A stretch of DNA of 64,000 bases from IMG/VR virus record IMGVR_UViG_3300035670_011224, positions 1 to 64,000 of that record; one strand, written 5' to 3'. The position numbers were made by a program, and so were the translations under genes. The stretch comes from a virus. Shown in pieces: positions 30,601-41,685 of the stretch. A model generated the notes under the pieces. The model worked only from the letters and a program-made list of their open reading frames with translations. It was not told where the DNA came from and made no database searches. Every line of letters starts with the position of its first letter. Within the stretch, counting starts at the first letter, position 1.

Positions 30601-33552
30601 TATTGGTGTTCTCTAGATGCTGCTGCAAAAAGAGATCTTATATCTCAAGCTGGTTTTACAACAACGAATAACGCTAATAAGCCAGAAGAATTAAGGAGAC
30701 TGATCAGAGACAACATAGCTTGCTCCGATCCGACCAAAATATATATTCCTTCATTGGATATATCTAGCATAGAACCAGGATCATATGTTAATATCCAAAA
30801 AAATATACTAAATACGGATAGTTTTAACAGACCCGTTCCATCAAATAAACTGTATACAAAAACTAATTCAGATAAGATTGTTTTTATCAATCCAATTAAT
30901 CTTTCTGGTCCTAGAATTATTGTTGATGCACCTGGAATTACTTTGGCAAATGCTAGCTATAGTTATTCTACAGATCCTAATTTATCTGTTATAAGCAATA
31001 TTGCTTTAGAAGATTATTGTATGTTTATGAATCTAGAAAATCTTATAAGAACTGATCGCACAATACAAGCCAGAATAGAACCGATAGAACTACAATATCT
31101 AGAGTATTTATTAAGTTTTATTTCACCACTAGCTATTGATATTAGAAGATTAGTACCTCAAGGACCAACCGCTAATTCGTCTCCTGGTAATCAATCATTA
31201 AATCCCAAAATGGCCACTCCGTTTTTTGCTGCTGTTCCTCTAAAAAGCAACAGGGCTGTTTACGGCCCTTGGACCAATTATCCGGGCCTTGCCCCGAACA
31301 TGAATCCAAATATAGCTGACAATTTAATTGGAAATATTAAAGTTGAACAGAATAATGATTATGTGCCGTGGAATTATGGTGGAATGAGTCAATTAGATAA
31401 AGTAATTTCTTATAGTATGAATGTGGATGTTAATTATCAAAGCATAATAGAAAATGGTAGAGTTTCAATAGTTGGACCTCCTATTTTTGGCATAGGCGGG
31501 GCTTTTTCTTATGAAAGAGTATCTTCGGTAAATAGTTATAGAGGAAATGCTGCTTATATAGTTTATGATAACAGTTTCTACAGTAAAACTGATTATTCTG
31601 TTGTTTTTATAGACAATAATAACTCTAGTCCAAGTCCAATATCGTATCAAACCATACAATTACAACAACAAAGTTATGGGGTGAGCGCATTAATAAGTAA
31701 TATTAGTATACAAACATCGTCTGATGGAATAAGAACCAGTTATAGCTTTCAGACATATAGTCCAAAAACAGGATTATTTAATAAAGAATTTAGTGACAAT
31801 ATTAAAAAACAAAATTCTCAAGCATTAAAATTTAACAAATTACTTTTTGGTAAATCTAACCAAATAGGAAATAAACAACTTAAAAACATTTTGGATATTA
31901 AAGAAACAGCAAAAACATCTAGAGAGCCATATAGTATAGGAAAAAACGCTACGCAACTATTCGGAACAAGTCCTGTAGAATTAATAGTTGGTCAAGCAAC
32001 AGAATTTGCTCCGTCTCCGCCTTCTGGGGCTCGCACACTAGAGTCATTTAATAAAAGTAGAAGAAACCATCATTGGGCCGGTATAATTCCAGGAGTTGAA
32101 ACCGGTGCCGAATTAATGAATGACTACGATAGTAAATCGGCTATGAGTCTTGATGGATTATTATCTCCTATTTCTTTCTATCCAACCAGATTAAATACAA
32201 CATATAGTCTTAGTGATCATTCTATAAAAATATCTGGCTATCCTATTACTCCAATATGTCCAAGGTGTGGAAATACTAGATTTATTACTATGAGTTATGT
32301 TGACTATAATAGTAATCAAAGAACAAAAACTGATTTACAAATTGCTTGTCCAGTTTGTTCCAAGTCTCAAACAACTGTTATTAAAACAGACAAGAACCCC
32401 ACCAGAGATACTGGTTTACCAGATATAAATCTATATAGTTTGAATCCGATCATAGTATCAAATGGAGAATTTGCAAATCCTTATTGTCCATCTGGACATA
32501 TTGGCAGACACAGTGTTTTAGCAATATCAAGGGGATCTTCTTTACCAACTGGAAATAAAAACTTTTTAGTATATGCTAATAGTGGCGAATTCGATTATGG
32601 TCAATTCGATACTAGTTTTCCTGTCAACAATAGCGGAATATTGATGAATCAAAGATTTTTTTCTCTTAGGGGACCAATCATGTTACATGGTTGGGGCTTT
32701 GATATTGATGGATATCCCGTACCTAATGCGACAGGACAACCTTTACAATTTGATAATTATAATAGACCTTTAAGATTTGTGTTAGACACAGGAACTATGA
32801 AAAATGATCTAAATCGAGCTGGACAATATGTACCATCTGCTGGAACTAGACTAGGAGATATTATTCCAATTAATTACCAATTTATTAATAATAGATGGAG
32901 TAAAATATCAAATAAAAAATCTAAATTTTTTCATCCAAAATGGGGAGAAAGACCCGATCTTTGGCCAGTAGGACCCATAGATCTAAGATGGGATAGCGAA
33001 AGAAGAGTTTGGGACGCTAGTGGCGGATGTAAAGAAGAGGCACTGCCACCGTTCATAGTCAGTAATAAAAGCGATATAAATACATTACAAGAATTTTTAG
33101 ATAATAGAACAACAAATAGATGTCCATATAGAATGATAAATGTTGTATTAGAACAAGATATGGTTAAAGAAGATAATTTTGATAGTACATATCCTACAAG
33201 AGCTTTTATAGACGATTTAGAGTATAGCAAAGAACCTTTACAAAATAATTATAGAAGATTAGTATATGTTATAGATACTGCCGGATATACAGCTCCAAGA
33301 GGAGCAAAACTATTATGTCGATACAACAAAACTACAGGGTTTTATGAACCGATAGCAAAACCAATATTAACAGCTATAGGAACAATAAGTAATAATCAAG
33401 TTAGTATAGAAATGTCTTATGTACAAGGTCGTAGATCTAGCATTGTACCAACATATGTTTCATCTTTTGTTAATCCATTAAATTTATCATTAGGAACACG
33501 AGGATTATTTAATTATATTAATGGGAAATGGACTCTTATATCCACAGGATAG
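27670..33552 (+). CDS. Large putative baseplate hub/tail-tip protein with a CxxC...CxxC motif
   Basis: 1960 aa. Its N-terminal SF.SNIGWGG.SS.ITVELVED and downstream beta-strand pattern resemble hub proteins. CPRCG...CPVC at ~32257-32358. Confidence 0.55.
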   Translation: MKIVGQTLFLGASVSSFSSNIGWGGTSSSITVELVEDFQPFGKFPFRKFNQNKTADYGELIVDGTNTLPSGHTATPGRSIGDDAYTVPHYIPSSYSDDHYYTCGGVDSCYVDELGRPYSSSPTKKEKNVPGKIFYEWVNGKFVSKYWYAEDPGFFATGTRINHNGAYVPSLGRGGSSSDLFIYDIINTPVYFKFDNFEFIGLVKNWERNNRPGGISYTVTIESFDEILDNCHVILQSFNGAIFNVNSSVLQSILDGLGDAGIASTTNLQPNQIGGPVNFPLANTAPGTIPRFDEKIKRGNLPNVFNVYGFLESMGNSGFGGSKLNSEGLKASDIIDALQALTSSINFNSRTTVSDKAFSPFGRIITKTISDARTGSVVNSLGSFGIIGPTIPQRTQADPSTGYNSFRLDLSSLPRPPDLYRIQGNPSLSILSLIRQITDDTGVDFLSIVVPVQNGAYTDFIIKILTVDRRNYNPLYQIPNVILTLERNNYEIENSSFGQEKNNNFTRKLIFGGNQQRLYQVKNYRLSYHQNNLVYNPITKQFMNLNSNNPKNRINKIRNPDLSSTRNKIVSDFVHPVESPIFLRDDNDANIRFTSPIPEWADTELGRAENIVRGNYKPTIIDPQPTTPVTVQTRFVSLSNDVISPYFGLKSETRAPIGDNTNEFRSPRPVLFDTWTHQITVLFSLDELPILSVGEPLSIYNPNLFPQQSGANQTGGGVQGASSEITAGGTPPVPPATDFGGPASSGINPTRTLNYTFPGFTIKESEFRCPNFDSYLTYCLGKSKYSKPDLFVMLVNAYKAKGLFTTAPSPMPSVDTGGGISGIDGKLTSNSSTSQNGIPSSPVPGLRTKMDMNWDIWLNHNFIKDLQIIFAFIKNIGDTYYGKKYAIKSPALYSYKDTQYANIQLPSTVGNISVFQGSNQIFYDYEIVDGAWEEYGNYIDDSIVCGDPNWHVLRNEDGLIPTILGYNNSSNIDDLTRYWCSLDAAAKRDLISQAGFTTTNNANKPEELRRLIRDNIACSDPTKIYIPSLDISSIEPGSYVNIQKNILNTDSFNRPVPSNKLYTKTNSDKIVFINPINLSGPRIIVDAPGITLANASYSYSTDPNLSVISNIALEDYCMFMNLENLIRTDRTIQARIEPIELQYLEYLLSFISPLAIDIRRLVPQGPTANSSPGNQSLNPKMATPFFAAVPLKSNRAVYGPWTNYPGLAPNMNPNIADNLIGNIKVEQNNDYVPWNYGGMSQLDKVISYSMNVDVNYQSIIENGRVSIVGPPIFGIGGAFSYERVSSVNSYRGNAAYIVYDNSFYSKTDYSVVFIDNNNSSPSPISYQTIQLQQQSYGVSALISNISIQTSSDGIRTSYSFQTYSPKTGLFNKEFSDNIKKQNSQALKFNKLLFGKSNQIGNKQLKNILDIKETAKTSREPYSIGKNATQLFGTSPVELIVGQATEFAPSPPSGARTLESFNKSRRNHHWAGIIPGVETGAELMNDYDSKSAMSLDGLLSPISFYPTRLNTTYSLSDHSIKISGYPITPICPRCGNTRFITMSYVDYNSNQRTKTDLQIACPVCSKSQTTVIKTDKNPTRDTGLPDINLYSLNPIIVSNGEFANPYCPSGHIGRHSVLAISRGSSLPTGNKNFLVYANSGEFDYGQFDTSFPVNNSGILMNQRFFSLRGPIMLHGWGFDIDGYPVPNATGQPLQFDNYNRPLRFVLDTGTMKNDLNRAGQYVPSAGTRLGDIIPINYQFINNRWSKISNKKSKFFHPKWGERPDLWPVGPIDLRWDSERRVWDASGGCKEEALPPFIVSNKSDINTLQEFLDNRTTNRCPYRMINVVLEQDMVKEDNFDSTYPTRAFIDDLEYSKEPLQNNYRRLVYVIDTAGYTAPRGAKLLCRYNKTTGFYEPIAKPILTAIGTISNNQVSIEMSYVQGRRSSIVPTYVSSFVNPLNLSLGTRGLFNYINGKWTLISTG

Positions 33553-33555
33553 TTT

Positions 33556-36500
33556 ATGCCTCTATTAGACTTATCTCAAAATTGTAATATCACAAATAAT
33601 ACTTTTCAACAAGATTTATTTTCTTATTCTGTTTCGGGTGATAATATAGTCTGGTCAGATAATTCGACAACCCCATATTCTGTTCAATTAATTAATGGGC
33701 AATCAATATTCGATATTGTTGCAACAACAGGGCATTGGACACCTTATATTATCGATTCGGACACTCAGGTATTATATAAGACTATTAGTCATTATGGATC
33801 AATATGGAATAATAAAGACTTTACTACAAATAGACTAGGAATAGATGATTTTATAACTTTTGCGCCAAAATTTAGAAATTGGACCTCCAACGGAACAATG
33901 ACTATAGACTGGATAACAAACAGAGCAAGATCGCCATATACTGTGTACGGAGGATTATCTTGTTGGGGCAAAATTATACCACCTAAAACAGGTAGTATAG
34001 ATAAATTTCCCATTTATAGCAAACTAGAATATAATAATAATACTTATATTAAAATAGACTCTAATATTGTTAGGCGTATAACTCCGGATAGAGGATCTTC
34101 TTACACCTTTTTATCAAATAATATTACATTTAATTATGATAATTATGGAGATATTCTTCTTAAAGAACCACCGGCTACAAACGCAGAAGGATTAACAATA
34201 AGAACAATTTTTTCTTTATATGGCTCAGGAAAAAAGGTTCTTTGGATCCCTGATGGAGATCAGATTTTTTACTTCTATAATAATGTGGAAAAAGAAGCAA
34301 ATCTGAGAAAAGATATAGGACCACGATCATACATATCAGCATCCTTGTATCAGTATTATACTAATATATATAATGCTTTAACTATAGATGCTCCTTTAAT
34401 AAGTGTTAATCAAAGCAGATCGCTAAGAAAACTAAGATTATTTAAAAAGCTTTCTCATTCATTAGCTACTAGTCCATTTATATCTGAATTTTTTATTAAT
34501 GCTTTATTGGATCCATCAAATACGCTAAAAACAGCCGTTAATACATATTTAAATTCAACATCATCTTCTATATCTATCGATTTTAATAACCTAAGAACTG
34601 TTTTGGACGCTATAGCGATAGAGTTTAATACTTATGAAATATCTTCTTTTAATAATATTATTAATAATAATTCAGAATTATTTCAAAAATTTATTAACAA
34701 ATATGGAGCTAAATTAAAACTTACGGGAAATGCTTCAGTATCACATCAAGGACTTAAATATGGAGATAGTGTTCTATATAATGAAGTTGGAGATATGTTT
34801 GTACCGAAAGAATTAACGAACACAACGGTTATAAATAATAAGATTGTTAGAGTCGGTCAATTAAGTTATGAAACTAATTTTTCTGAAGAAACAGCAACAA
34901 TACTATTAAAAGTTAATAATGTAACTAAAAATACAATATATCTTAATAATCATATAAAACCAAATATTGTTAATACAATAGATCCTTATTACGATATTAG
35001 AGGAAGGCTTGCTAGATATGGATCTAGTCTTGGTATTGTTTTAAATACTAATTATATTGATGGTATCTCTAATACTCCTCGAATTATTGAGGGCGCAACA
35101 GGACCTGTTGATTATAGTCCTTCATCGTGGCAAGGTAATGGTTCAGTATTATACTGGAATTATACTGCTCCATTAGTAGAGAATATAGTAGATGGTCAAA
35201 GAACAAGCACTATACAAAAGCCTCCTATTAGAATATATCCAAGATTAAGGGTTTTAGACTTAGCTGTTGATCTAAGATTAAGTCCTGTTGATGCTGCTAT
35301 ATATGGCAGGGGAAATAATGCATACAATCTTATTGCTAATCAATTTATTTGTCAGTGGGAAAAAGTAGAAGGCCCAGAATTAAGATTTGTGGATTTTAAT
35401 AAAAAACCTAATCTAAATCAGCCTTTGGGTATTAGTCCGGACACAGACATATACGGAGAACCTATTGGTAATAGTAATACTACTGCTTTAGGTTTTACAG
35501 CGAATGGACCCGAAGTAATAATGATACCATCTAATTTAGGTAAATATACTATAAAATGCACTGTAAATAGTCCTTACGGATCCTATGTTTTGTACCGTAC
35601 CATTTTTGTTGTAGATGGTAGGCCAGGCATATTCTATAATCGATATTATGAAGTTACTGACGATATGATGCCTATTTATACTAGACAAGAAGGTGATGAC
35701 CCTATTTTAGCTTTAGATCATTATTCTATTGGAATGAATTTTGTTTATCAAAGAGATAATAATACAGGACAGGAAATTGTTCCAAACGATATATTTCCTT
35801 TGGTAACTCAAGATATAATTAATGAATTTTCTTTACAAAATCGTAGAATACGAATTAATCAAGATAATCTTAAAATACATGGAGCTAATTTAGGATCATA
35901 CGCTATTCATCGTAATGGATTATTTACAGGTATAGATAGTGAATACTATATTGAAACAGTCTATCAGAATGAAAGACCAATAGAGAAATTATCTAATAAT
36001 AATTTTCAGTTTCTGTTTTCCGAATCAGAGCCTATACAACCTAGAACACAAGATTCAAGTTTCACCATAGACTATATATTAAATAATACAGTAGTAAAAC
36101 TAGATAGTATTATTTTAGAAAATATTAGACAAGACAACGAGGAATGCTCTCAGTGCTATAGTCTGTACAATCCAAAATTTAGAGCTTACATTACTAAGAA
36201 AAATTCTGCTGATACTGGACGAACAATTTTCGAAAGATCAAGAAAAGCCCCAGACGATTTTGGTGTTCAAAAATATAATTATAATCTTCAGACAAATTCT
36301 GTTACAACTTCTGATATTATATATTACCAATATCCAATAATTAGCACAGATATTGCTCCTCCTATTAAATCATACGGCGGTTATGGATACAAAGTATTAA
36401 ATAAAATAGGAATTACAGGAATACCAAATCATACTAAGCCAACAACCACTAGAAATAATGTTGGTATTATTGCAGAAAGTCCCTATGTATTACCATCTGT

Positions 36501-39500
36501 TACTGGGCATAAATTAGACTATGAAGATGATTATGAAAATCAAATGACCCCAGGACCATTGGGCGGTGGAAAGATAGGTTATAAGTTTTGTTATCAAAAA
36601 TATATTGATCAAACAAATAATTCTATAGAATTTACTAAAGGTGTTTTTAATCCCAATAGTGGATGGATAATGAATAGTAATGATAATTTATCGAGTGTAT
36701 TAAAATTTAATCCCGGAGCAAGAGATTCTTTTAGTTTTGTTGGACCGTCGATTGATAGATTATCTACATTTACCAGCACAGATATGCTAAAGCCTTCGAT
36801 TTATAGTAGTTCAATTAGTATTAAAATAAATCCATTAATAGTGTGGAGCCCAGGACCAGAGATTATGGGCGATTCGAATAAATGTTGTGGGGCTCCATGC
36901 GTACCAGGAGCTAAGGCCGAATATTATTGGGGTAATGATATCGGCTTAGATATTTCTGATCAATTCCAAGCCACAGTACCAGACGAGGCCGGTGCTGGAT
37001 ATCATCATGGATATAGAATACTGGGAGGTGGTTTATCTAAAACGGCGGAGACTAATTATAAAGATCAACAGGATCCATCCAATGATGAATTTAAGCTTTT
37101 TACAGATAAAATAAAAAATAAACATTCGTATTATTTTAATACTGTTGGATATAACAAAAAAATAACACCGCCACCAAGTTTTATAAATATCTTTTCTCTT
37201 GATCCTAGCCAACAAGATCCATTGTTACGAAACCAAGCTATCGAAGAGTTGAACTCTCCAAATAGATGGGGTCTGAGGAATCCAAAAATATTATCTTTAA
37301 ACGCTTCTGATATTGAGGTTAAATTAAATTTTCTAAATAGTATCAACACAAAAAATTTAGCCATATGGATCGAAATGAAACCGTCGGCAGGATCTCTATT
37401 ACCGCCTTTGACGAATGATAACAGAAGACCACAATCTCAATCTCCAATAGTTACTACAAATAATTTTATTGATCAAATTTTTGATCCAAAAACATATATG
37501 GGTGATTATTTGAATTATGCTGATCCAAATTTTCCGTCATCATACTCTATAGATGTATCAAACCAGGATCTTAGTCGATTTTTAATTGATCTAACCAACC
37601 ACAATTCTGTTAGTGGTTCATATGAGACTATGAAATTATTCTTGTTGAATCAAGAAACTGTTCAAAATCAACAATATAATTTTTCATTAACTTTTTCTGA
37701 TAGAGCCAATGCTTCTAGTTGTTTATTTGATATCAACTCGTATTCTAATTCTAAAATTAAGCCTAATCAAGAAATTTTATTAAATAATGGAAGATGTAGA
37801 CCCTCTTATTCTAGTCCTGGATATTCAACAAAACAAAATAGCTATTATCGTAATCTTATTCAATATCATAAATTAAATATTACAAATAATACATTGAGTA
37901 AGTTTTGTTCCAAATCCTTATTTATTGGAGTTTTACAATCTGATAGTTGTCAACCAATATTTCCTATTCATAATTCTTCTACAGAATTTGTTCTTAAAGT
38001 AGCTATTTTGGATGAAGAAGATGAGATGTTTCCTATAGATACTATTATTTCGAGTGATTTATATACTAATTTAGTTGGTTCTACTAAATTAAGCCCAAAT
38101 AATATTTTTAATAATTTATGTAATTGGGAAATTATAATTCATGGAGGAAAAACACCAAAACCTTATGTTCAATCAGTAAATAATATAGATACATACGGTT
38201 CAACAGATGCTCTAAGTTTAATAAAATACGGTGATCATCCTCAATATCCAGGCTATAGTTTTATTGCTGATCTTAGTGATAGTTTATTTTTATTACCATA
38301 TATTAATCAAAATGCTCCTAATACATTTTTTCAAAATTGTGATCTATGTAATAATTTATCCATAGATCCTATTATTCGTAATCAACCATTTATAGAAAGA
38401 CCAAGATTTCCAAGCGAGGCAATTTTAGCGATCACAGCAAATAGAGTTGGGGCCTTAGTTTTGGGTAGGGGTGGTCCGTATCAGGCTTTGGTTGATTATT
38501 TTAATGCGTCTGCTGCAATTTATAACTTAGAATTTGCACAAAGAGAAACATATGATATAGAGTACGATTCTTATACAAACGGCGGATCGGACAAAGTATT
38601 GTTGAATGTTAGTGACGATGGTTGTTTTTGGTATAAGTTGGAGGCTAGTATCTTTAAATTAGACAATACTCCGGCTCTTCCTCTTCAAAAATACCAGTTT
38701 CATAAGGGATCTGGCGATTTGTTTAAGTTTGATTTTGAAATTATAAATCAGAAAAAAGATTTGATAGATGAAAGTTTTATAGATAATTTTATTGATGAAC
38801 AATCGTGCCAAGACAGCACGTCTGTAGAATGTAATCCGAATAATATTCCAACCATAGATCTATTAAATAATAATGAATATATATCATACAATAAAGTATT
38901 AGCTTTTAATAATATTTTTCAATATTTAAATAATACATCATATGAAATTATATCAATAGATAATTCTATAGCATATGATCTATTCGATAGAAACGATATA
39001 GTAAGATTAACAAATTGTTCTCTAGAAAATGATAACTCTGATATACCTATTAGAGTAGTTGCAAAATCTTTAATTTATAAAGACAATTCTTATAAAACTA
39101 TTTTAGTTCTATACAAAGGATCTGCTGTGATACCATGTGGTCAAATAAGAGTACCAAATAATATTATTATTGTTTATGCCAGCAATAATACACATTATAG
39201 TTTAAATAAAATTAGTCCAATTTCTGATATGGGATTACATGTAGATAGATTTCCAAAACCGGATCAAATGAATACGTTTTCCACTAACAGTATCGGATCT
39301 TATGGCGACGGCTCTGTTGTTAAAGAAAAAAATATATTATCAGATACAATTAGTTTATATAGCCTGGAGCCACTATATGAATTGTTAAATAATCATAAGC
39401 ACGATAAATTGTTTTATAATTCTTTATTTTTAAATGGGTCCGGGATTGATCCGTCCTCTATAAAAGCGTATCCTGCATACTACAATACATCTAATATTAA

Positions 39501-41358
39501 TAGCAATAGTATTAAGAATTCTTTTTATTATATTCAACAAGATAGTGTGCAAAACATTGAAAATCTTTTAGATAATAATCATAATACATTAAAAGACAAT
39601 AAAACCTATTTAAAAGATAAATCATATAATATACTATATCTTAAAATTTCTGATACTAATAATTTTATATCTAGTTTACCAACAGGTATAGTAGGAGATA
39701 TACAAATAGAAAATAGCTATACTTATAAAGAAACAATAGAAAAATTAACAGATACGGAATTCTCCACATTAACTAGTAGACTAGCGGTAATAAATATGGA
39801 AAAGATACAATCTTTGGACAATCTAGTTGGAAATACAAGAAGCACAGCATCTATTTTGAATAGTGATTCTATTAAATACATACAAGACCATTACTCTGCT
39901 ATAGAAGACGATCCAGCAAATTGTGGTAATTTGTGTTATAAAAAACAAACACTTAATAAATTAAGAAAATTATACACAGAACGTAGCGAGATACTGAAAC
40001 TATTAGAAGATCAAGGAATTAAAAAAGCCAAAATTTATGTTAGAGAAAATGATGGACCCATAGAGGGCGAAATATTATATGATGATTTTGGTAGTCAAAA
40101 AATTAAGCTCAATAATAGTCAAGAATTTGATAAAAATTCTATTTTTAAGATAGAATATTTCTATATACCTAATCCAGAAAAAAATATATATACGACAACT
40201 AGTGGTGGTATTTTACCGAATCAAAAAGCTATTATTACATCTAATATAGATGGATCGATTAATATAGTATATAATAATTTAACTAAAAATAAATACTGGA
40301 TTAATATCGATCCTAGACAATCATGCAGTATAGCAGAAGAACTTAGACCGAAGGTTTTAAAAGCAACCTATTATAGAGTAGATTTAACCAATCCTCCATC
40401 GGAGACTAGAAGAAACTTAAATGCCAACAATAATATTTCTCCAGATTTCTTATATAAGGGTGGAAACGTATTTTTTGGCGATGTCAAAGTGTATAACGGC
40501 CCTTTTAGTTTTACTTATTTGGAGAAGGGGGCTGATTTGAACTTGGCCGGTCAGGCTAATGCTTATGCTGGTATTCCTGTTGAAAGCAACACAATAGAAT
40601 TAGACACCTCTGGTCCAATAGCAACAAAAAAAACAGAAATAGAAAATCAATTTGCTGGTAAAATTTATGGATGGAAAGAAAAATTTGTTGAAAGAAGATT
40701 TAGAATTCATAATGATAAAGCCATCGATAGTATTCTTGATGATAATGAATTTATAATTAGGGTTTTAGAAGTGTATGATGTTGCTATAACTAGATTAGAA
40801 TTTTTTTCCGATCTTAGTATTTCGGATTTGGTTTCACAAAATATTGTTGAAAATGATTTTTCAGCAGATGTTGGTGGTGGTCTATTAAATGGCTTATCCA
40901 CCGACACAAAAAATAGAAGACCGACGAGAGTGTATAACATATTTAATATGAATAATCTATCAAGTCTTAAAGTACAATTTCGTAAAACTCCTAGATTAAT
41001 TAGAGGCGTAGATCTTGCTGGTACCGTACTGAGATATGGAAGCAACACAAGCTACAGGCCACAATCTATTGTTCCGGCAGAAGCTCCAAATGACGTATTC
41101 AGTATAGCTAATTTGAATCAACCATCATTAATAAATAATATGTATTGTTGGCATTGCTATCAGTTAGAACCAGAGACATATCGTATTATTTCGGCAGAAA
41201 CACCACCTATTTTTCAGCATATGAACGAAATGTGGTTTAGATCATTTTATGGAAGTGCAGATAATATTGAAGTCAAAGGAAAGGTTATGAAGAGTCAATA
41301 TGACTGGGAAACAATTCCTTTCGAATACTTCACCAAAAGGATAGAAAATTCCGAATAA
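33556..41358 (+). CDS. Very large virion protein with a PKD-like segment and a putative P-domain-like module
   Basis: 2600 aa. CQWEKVEGP...GKYTIKCTV is PKD-like. DIEVKLN...FSLTFSD...LSKF...FVLKV...NWEIII is spaced like a P-domain. Confidence 0.55.
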   Translation: MPLLDLSQNCNITNNTFQQDLFSYSVSGDNIVWSDNSTTPYSVQLINGQSIFDIVATTGHWTPYIIDSDTQVLYKTISHYGSIWNNKDFTTNRLGIDDFITFAPKFRNWTSNGTMTIDWITNRARSPYTVYGGLSCWGKIIPPKTGSIDKFPIYSKLEYNNNTYIKIDSNIVRRITPDRGSSYTFLSNNITFNYDNYGDILLKEPPATNAEGLTIRTIFSLYGSGKKVLWIPDGDQIFYFYNNVEKEANLRKDIGPRSYISASLYQYYTNIYNALTIDAPLISVNQSRSLRKLRLFKKLSHSLATSPFISEFFINALLDPSNTLKTAVNTYLNSTSSSISIDFNNLRTVLDAIAIEFNTYEISSFNNIINNNSELFQKFINKYGAKLKLTGNASVSHQGLKYGDSVLYNEVGDMFVPKELTNTTVINNKIVRVGQLSYETNFSEETATILLKVNNVTKNTIYLNNHIKPNIVNTIDPYYDIRGRLARYGSSLGIVLNTNYIDGISNTPRIIEGATGPVDYSPSSWQGNGSVLYWNYTAPLVENIVDGQRTSTIQKPPIRIYPRLRVLDLAVDLRLSPVDAAIYGRGNNAYNLIANQFICQWEKVEGPELRFVDFNKKPNLNQPLGISPDTDIYGEPIGNSNTTALGFTANGPEVIMIPSNLGKYTIKCTVNSPYGSYVLYRTIFVVDGRPGIFYNRYYEVTDDMMPIYTRQEGDDPILALDHYSIGMNFVYQRDNNTGQEIVPNDIFPLVTQDIINEFSLQNRRIRINQDNLKIHGANLGSYAIHRNGLFTGIDSEYYIETVYQNERPIEKLSNNNFQFLFSESEPIQPRTQDSSFTIDYILNNTVVKLDSIILENIRQDNEECSQCYSLYNPKFRAYITKKNSADTGRTIFERSRKAPDDFGVQKYNYNLQTNSVTTSDIIYYQYPIISTDIAPPIKSYGGYGYKVLNKIGITGIPNHTKPTTTRNNVGIIAESPYVLPSVTGHKLDYEDDYENQMTPGPLGGGKIGYKFCYQKYIDQTNNSIEFTKGVFNPNSGWIMNSNDNLSSVLKFNPGARDSFSFVGPSIDRLSTFTSTDMLKPSIYSSSISIKINPLIVWSPGPEIMGDSNKCCGAPCVPGAKAEYYWGNDIGLDISDQFQATVPDEAGAGYHHGYRILGGGLSKTAETNYKDQQDPSNDEFKLFTDKIKNKHSYYFNTVGYNKKITPPPSFINIFSLDPSQQDPLLRNQAIEELNSPNRWGLRNPKILSLNASDIEVKLNFLNSINTKNLAIWIEMKPSAGSLLPPLTNDNRRPQSQSPIVTTNNFIDQIFDPKTYMGDYLNYADPNFPSSYSIDVSNQDLSRFLIDLTNHNSVSGSYETMKLFLLNQETVQNQQYNFSLTFSDRANASSCLFDINSYSNSKIKPNQEILLNNGRCRPSYSSPGYSTKQNSYYRNLIQYHKLNITNNTLSKFCSKSLFIGVLQSDSCQPIFPIHNSSTEFVLKVAILDEEDEMFPIDTIISSDLYTNLVGSTKLSPNNIFNNLCNWEIIIHGGKTPKPYVQSVNNIDTYGSTDALSLIKYGDHPQYPGYSFIADLSDSLFLLPYINQNAPNTFFQNCDLCNNLSIDPIIRNQPFIERPRFPSEAILAITANRVGALVLGRGGPYQALVDYFNASAAIYNLEFAQRETYDIEYDSYTNGGSDKVLLNVSDDGCFWYKLEASIFKLDNTPALPLQKYQFHKGSGDLFKFDFEIINQKKDLIDESFIDNFIDEQSCQDSTSVECNPNNIPTIDLLNNNEYISYNKVLAFNNIFQYLNNTSYEIISIDNSIAYDLFDRNDIVRLTNCSLENDNSDIPIRVVAKSLIYKDNSYKTILVLYKGSAVIPCGQIRVPNNIIIVYASNNTHYSLNKISPISDMGLHVDRFPKPDQMNTFSTNSIGSYGDGSVVKEKNILSDTISLYSLEPLYELLNNHKHDKLFYNSLFLNGSGIDPSSIKAYPAYYNTSNINSNSIKNSFYYIQQDSVQNIENLLDNNHNTLKDNKTYLKDKSYNILYLKISDTNNFISSLPTGIVGDIQIENSYTYKETIEKLTDTEFSTLTSRLAVINMEKIQSLDNLVGNTRSTASILNSDSIKYIQDHYSAIEDDPANCGNLCYKKQTLNKLRKLYTERSEILKLLEDQGIKKAKIYVRENDGPIEGEILYDDFGSQKIKLNNSQEFDKNSIFKIEYFYIPNPEKNIYTTTSGGILPNQKAIITSNIDGSINIVYNNLTKNKYWINIDPRQSCSIAEELRPKVLKATYYRVDLTNPPSETRRNLNANNNISPDFLYKGGNVFFGDVKVYNGPFSFTYLEKGADLNLAGQANAYAGIPVESNTIELDTSGPIATKKTEIENQFAGKIYGWKEKFVERRFRIHNDKAIDSILDDNEFIIRVLEVYDVAITRLEFFSDLSISDLVSQNIVENDFSADVGGGLLNGLSTDTKNRRPTRVYNIFNMNNLSSLKVQFRKTPRLIRGVDLAGTVLRYGSNTSYRPQSIVPAEAPNDVFSIANLNQPSLINNMYCWHCYQLEPETYRIISAETPPIFQHMNEMWFRSFYGSADNIEVKGKVMKSQYDWETIPFEYFTKRIENSE

Positions 41359-41361
41359 GTA

Positions 41362-41685
41362 CTATTCTTTATCTTTAGTCCACTTATGCCATCCACTGTG
41401 TGGCAAATAATTGCCGTTATCGTCTTTACGTTTGGGAAATAAAGTACCACCCTTTTTGTGTTGACCAAAGGCTAAAACTGCTCCACAATCAGAGCATCTT
41501 AATTCATAATAATCATTTCCATCAACATTTCTAACAACAAATTTAATATTAGTACTACCACACATTCCACACTTGGCTTCTCCAAAAATTTCTTGGATTA
41601 AAGCAAGCTCTTTGAATATTTCTTTTTGTCCGCTGCCTTCTAATTCAAATTGTAATTTATCATTAGCTTTATATAGTACTTTCAT
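41362..41685 (-). CDS. Zn-ribbon protein
   Basis: CGMCG...CSDCG, 107 aa. Confidence 0.7.
   Translation of the reverse strand: MKVLYKANDKLQFELEGSGQKEIFKELALIQEIFGEAKCGMCGSTNIKFVVRNVDGNDYYELRCSDCGAVLAFGQHKKGGTLFPKRKDDNGNYLPHSGWHKWTKDKE

Noticed and set aside
7314-33558. Amber recoding or read-through at in-frame TAG junctions (7316/7323 and 33552/33556)
   Set aside because: Multi-kb genes have no internal TAG. Similar in-frame gaps follow TAA and TGA stops, and downstream ATGs are present.
104-41048. Short minus-strand and alternate-frame ORFs within structural genes
   Set aside because: They are fully nested in long genes, with composition typical of shadow frames.
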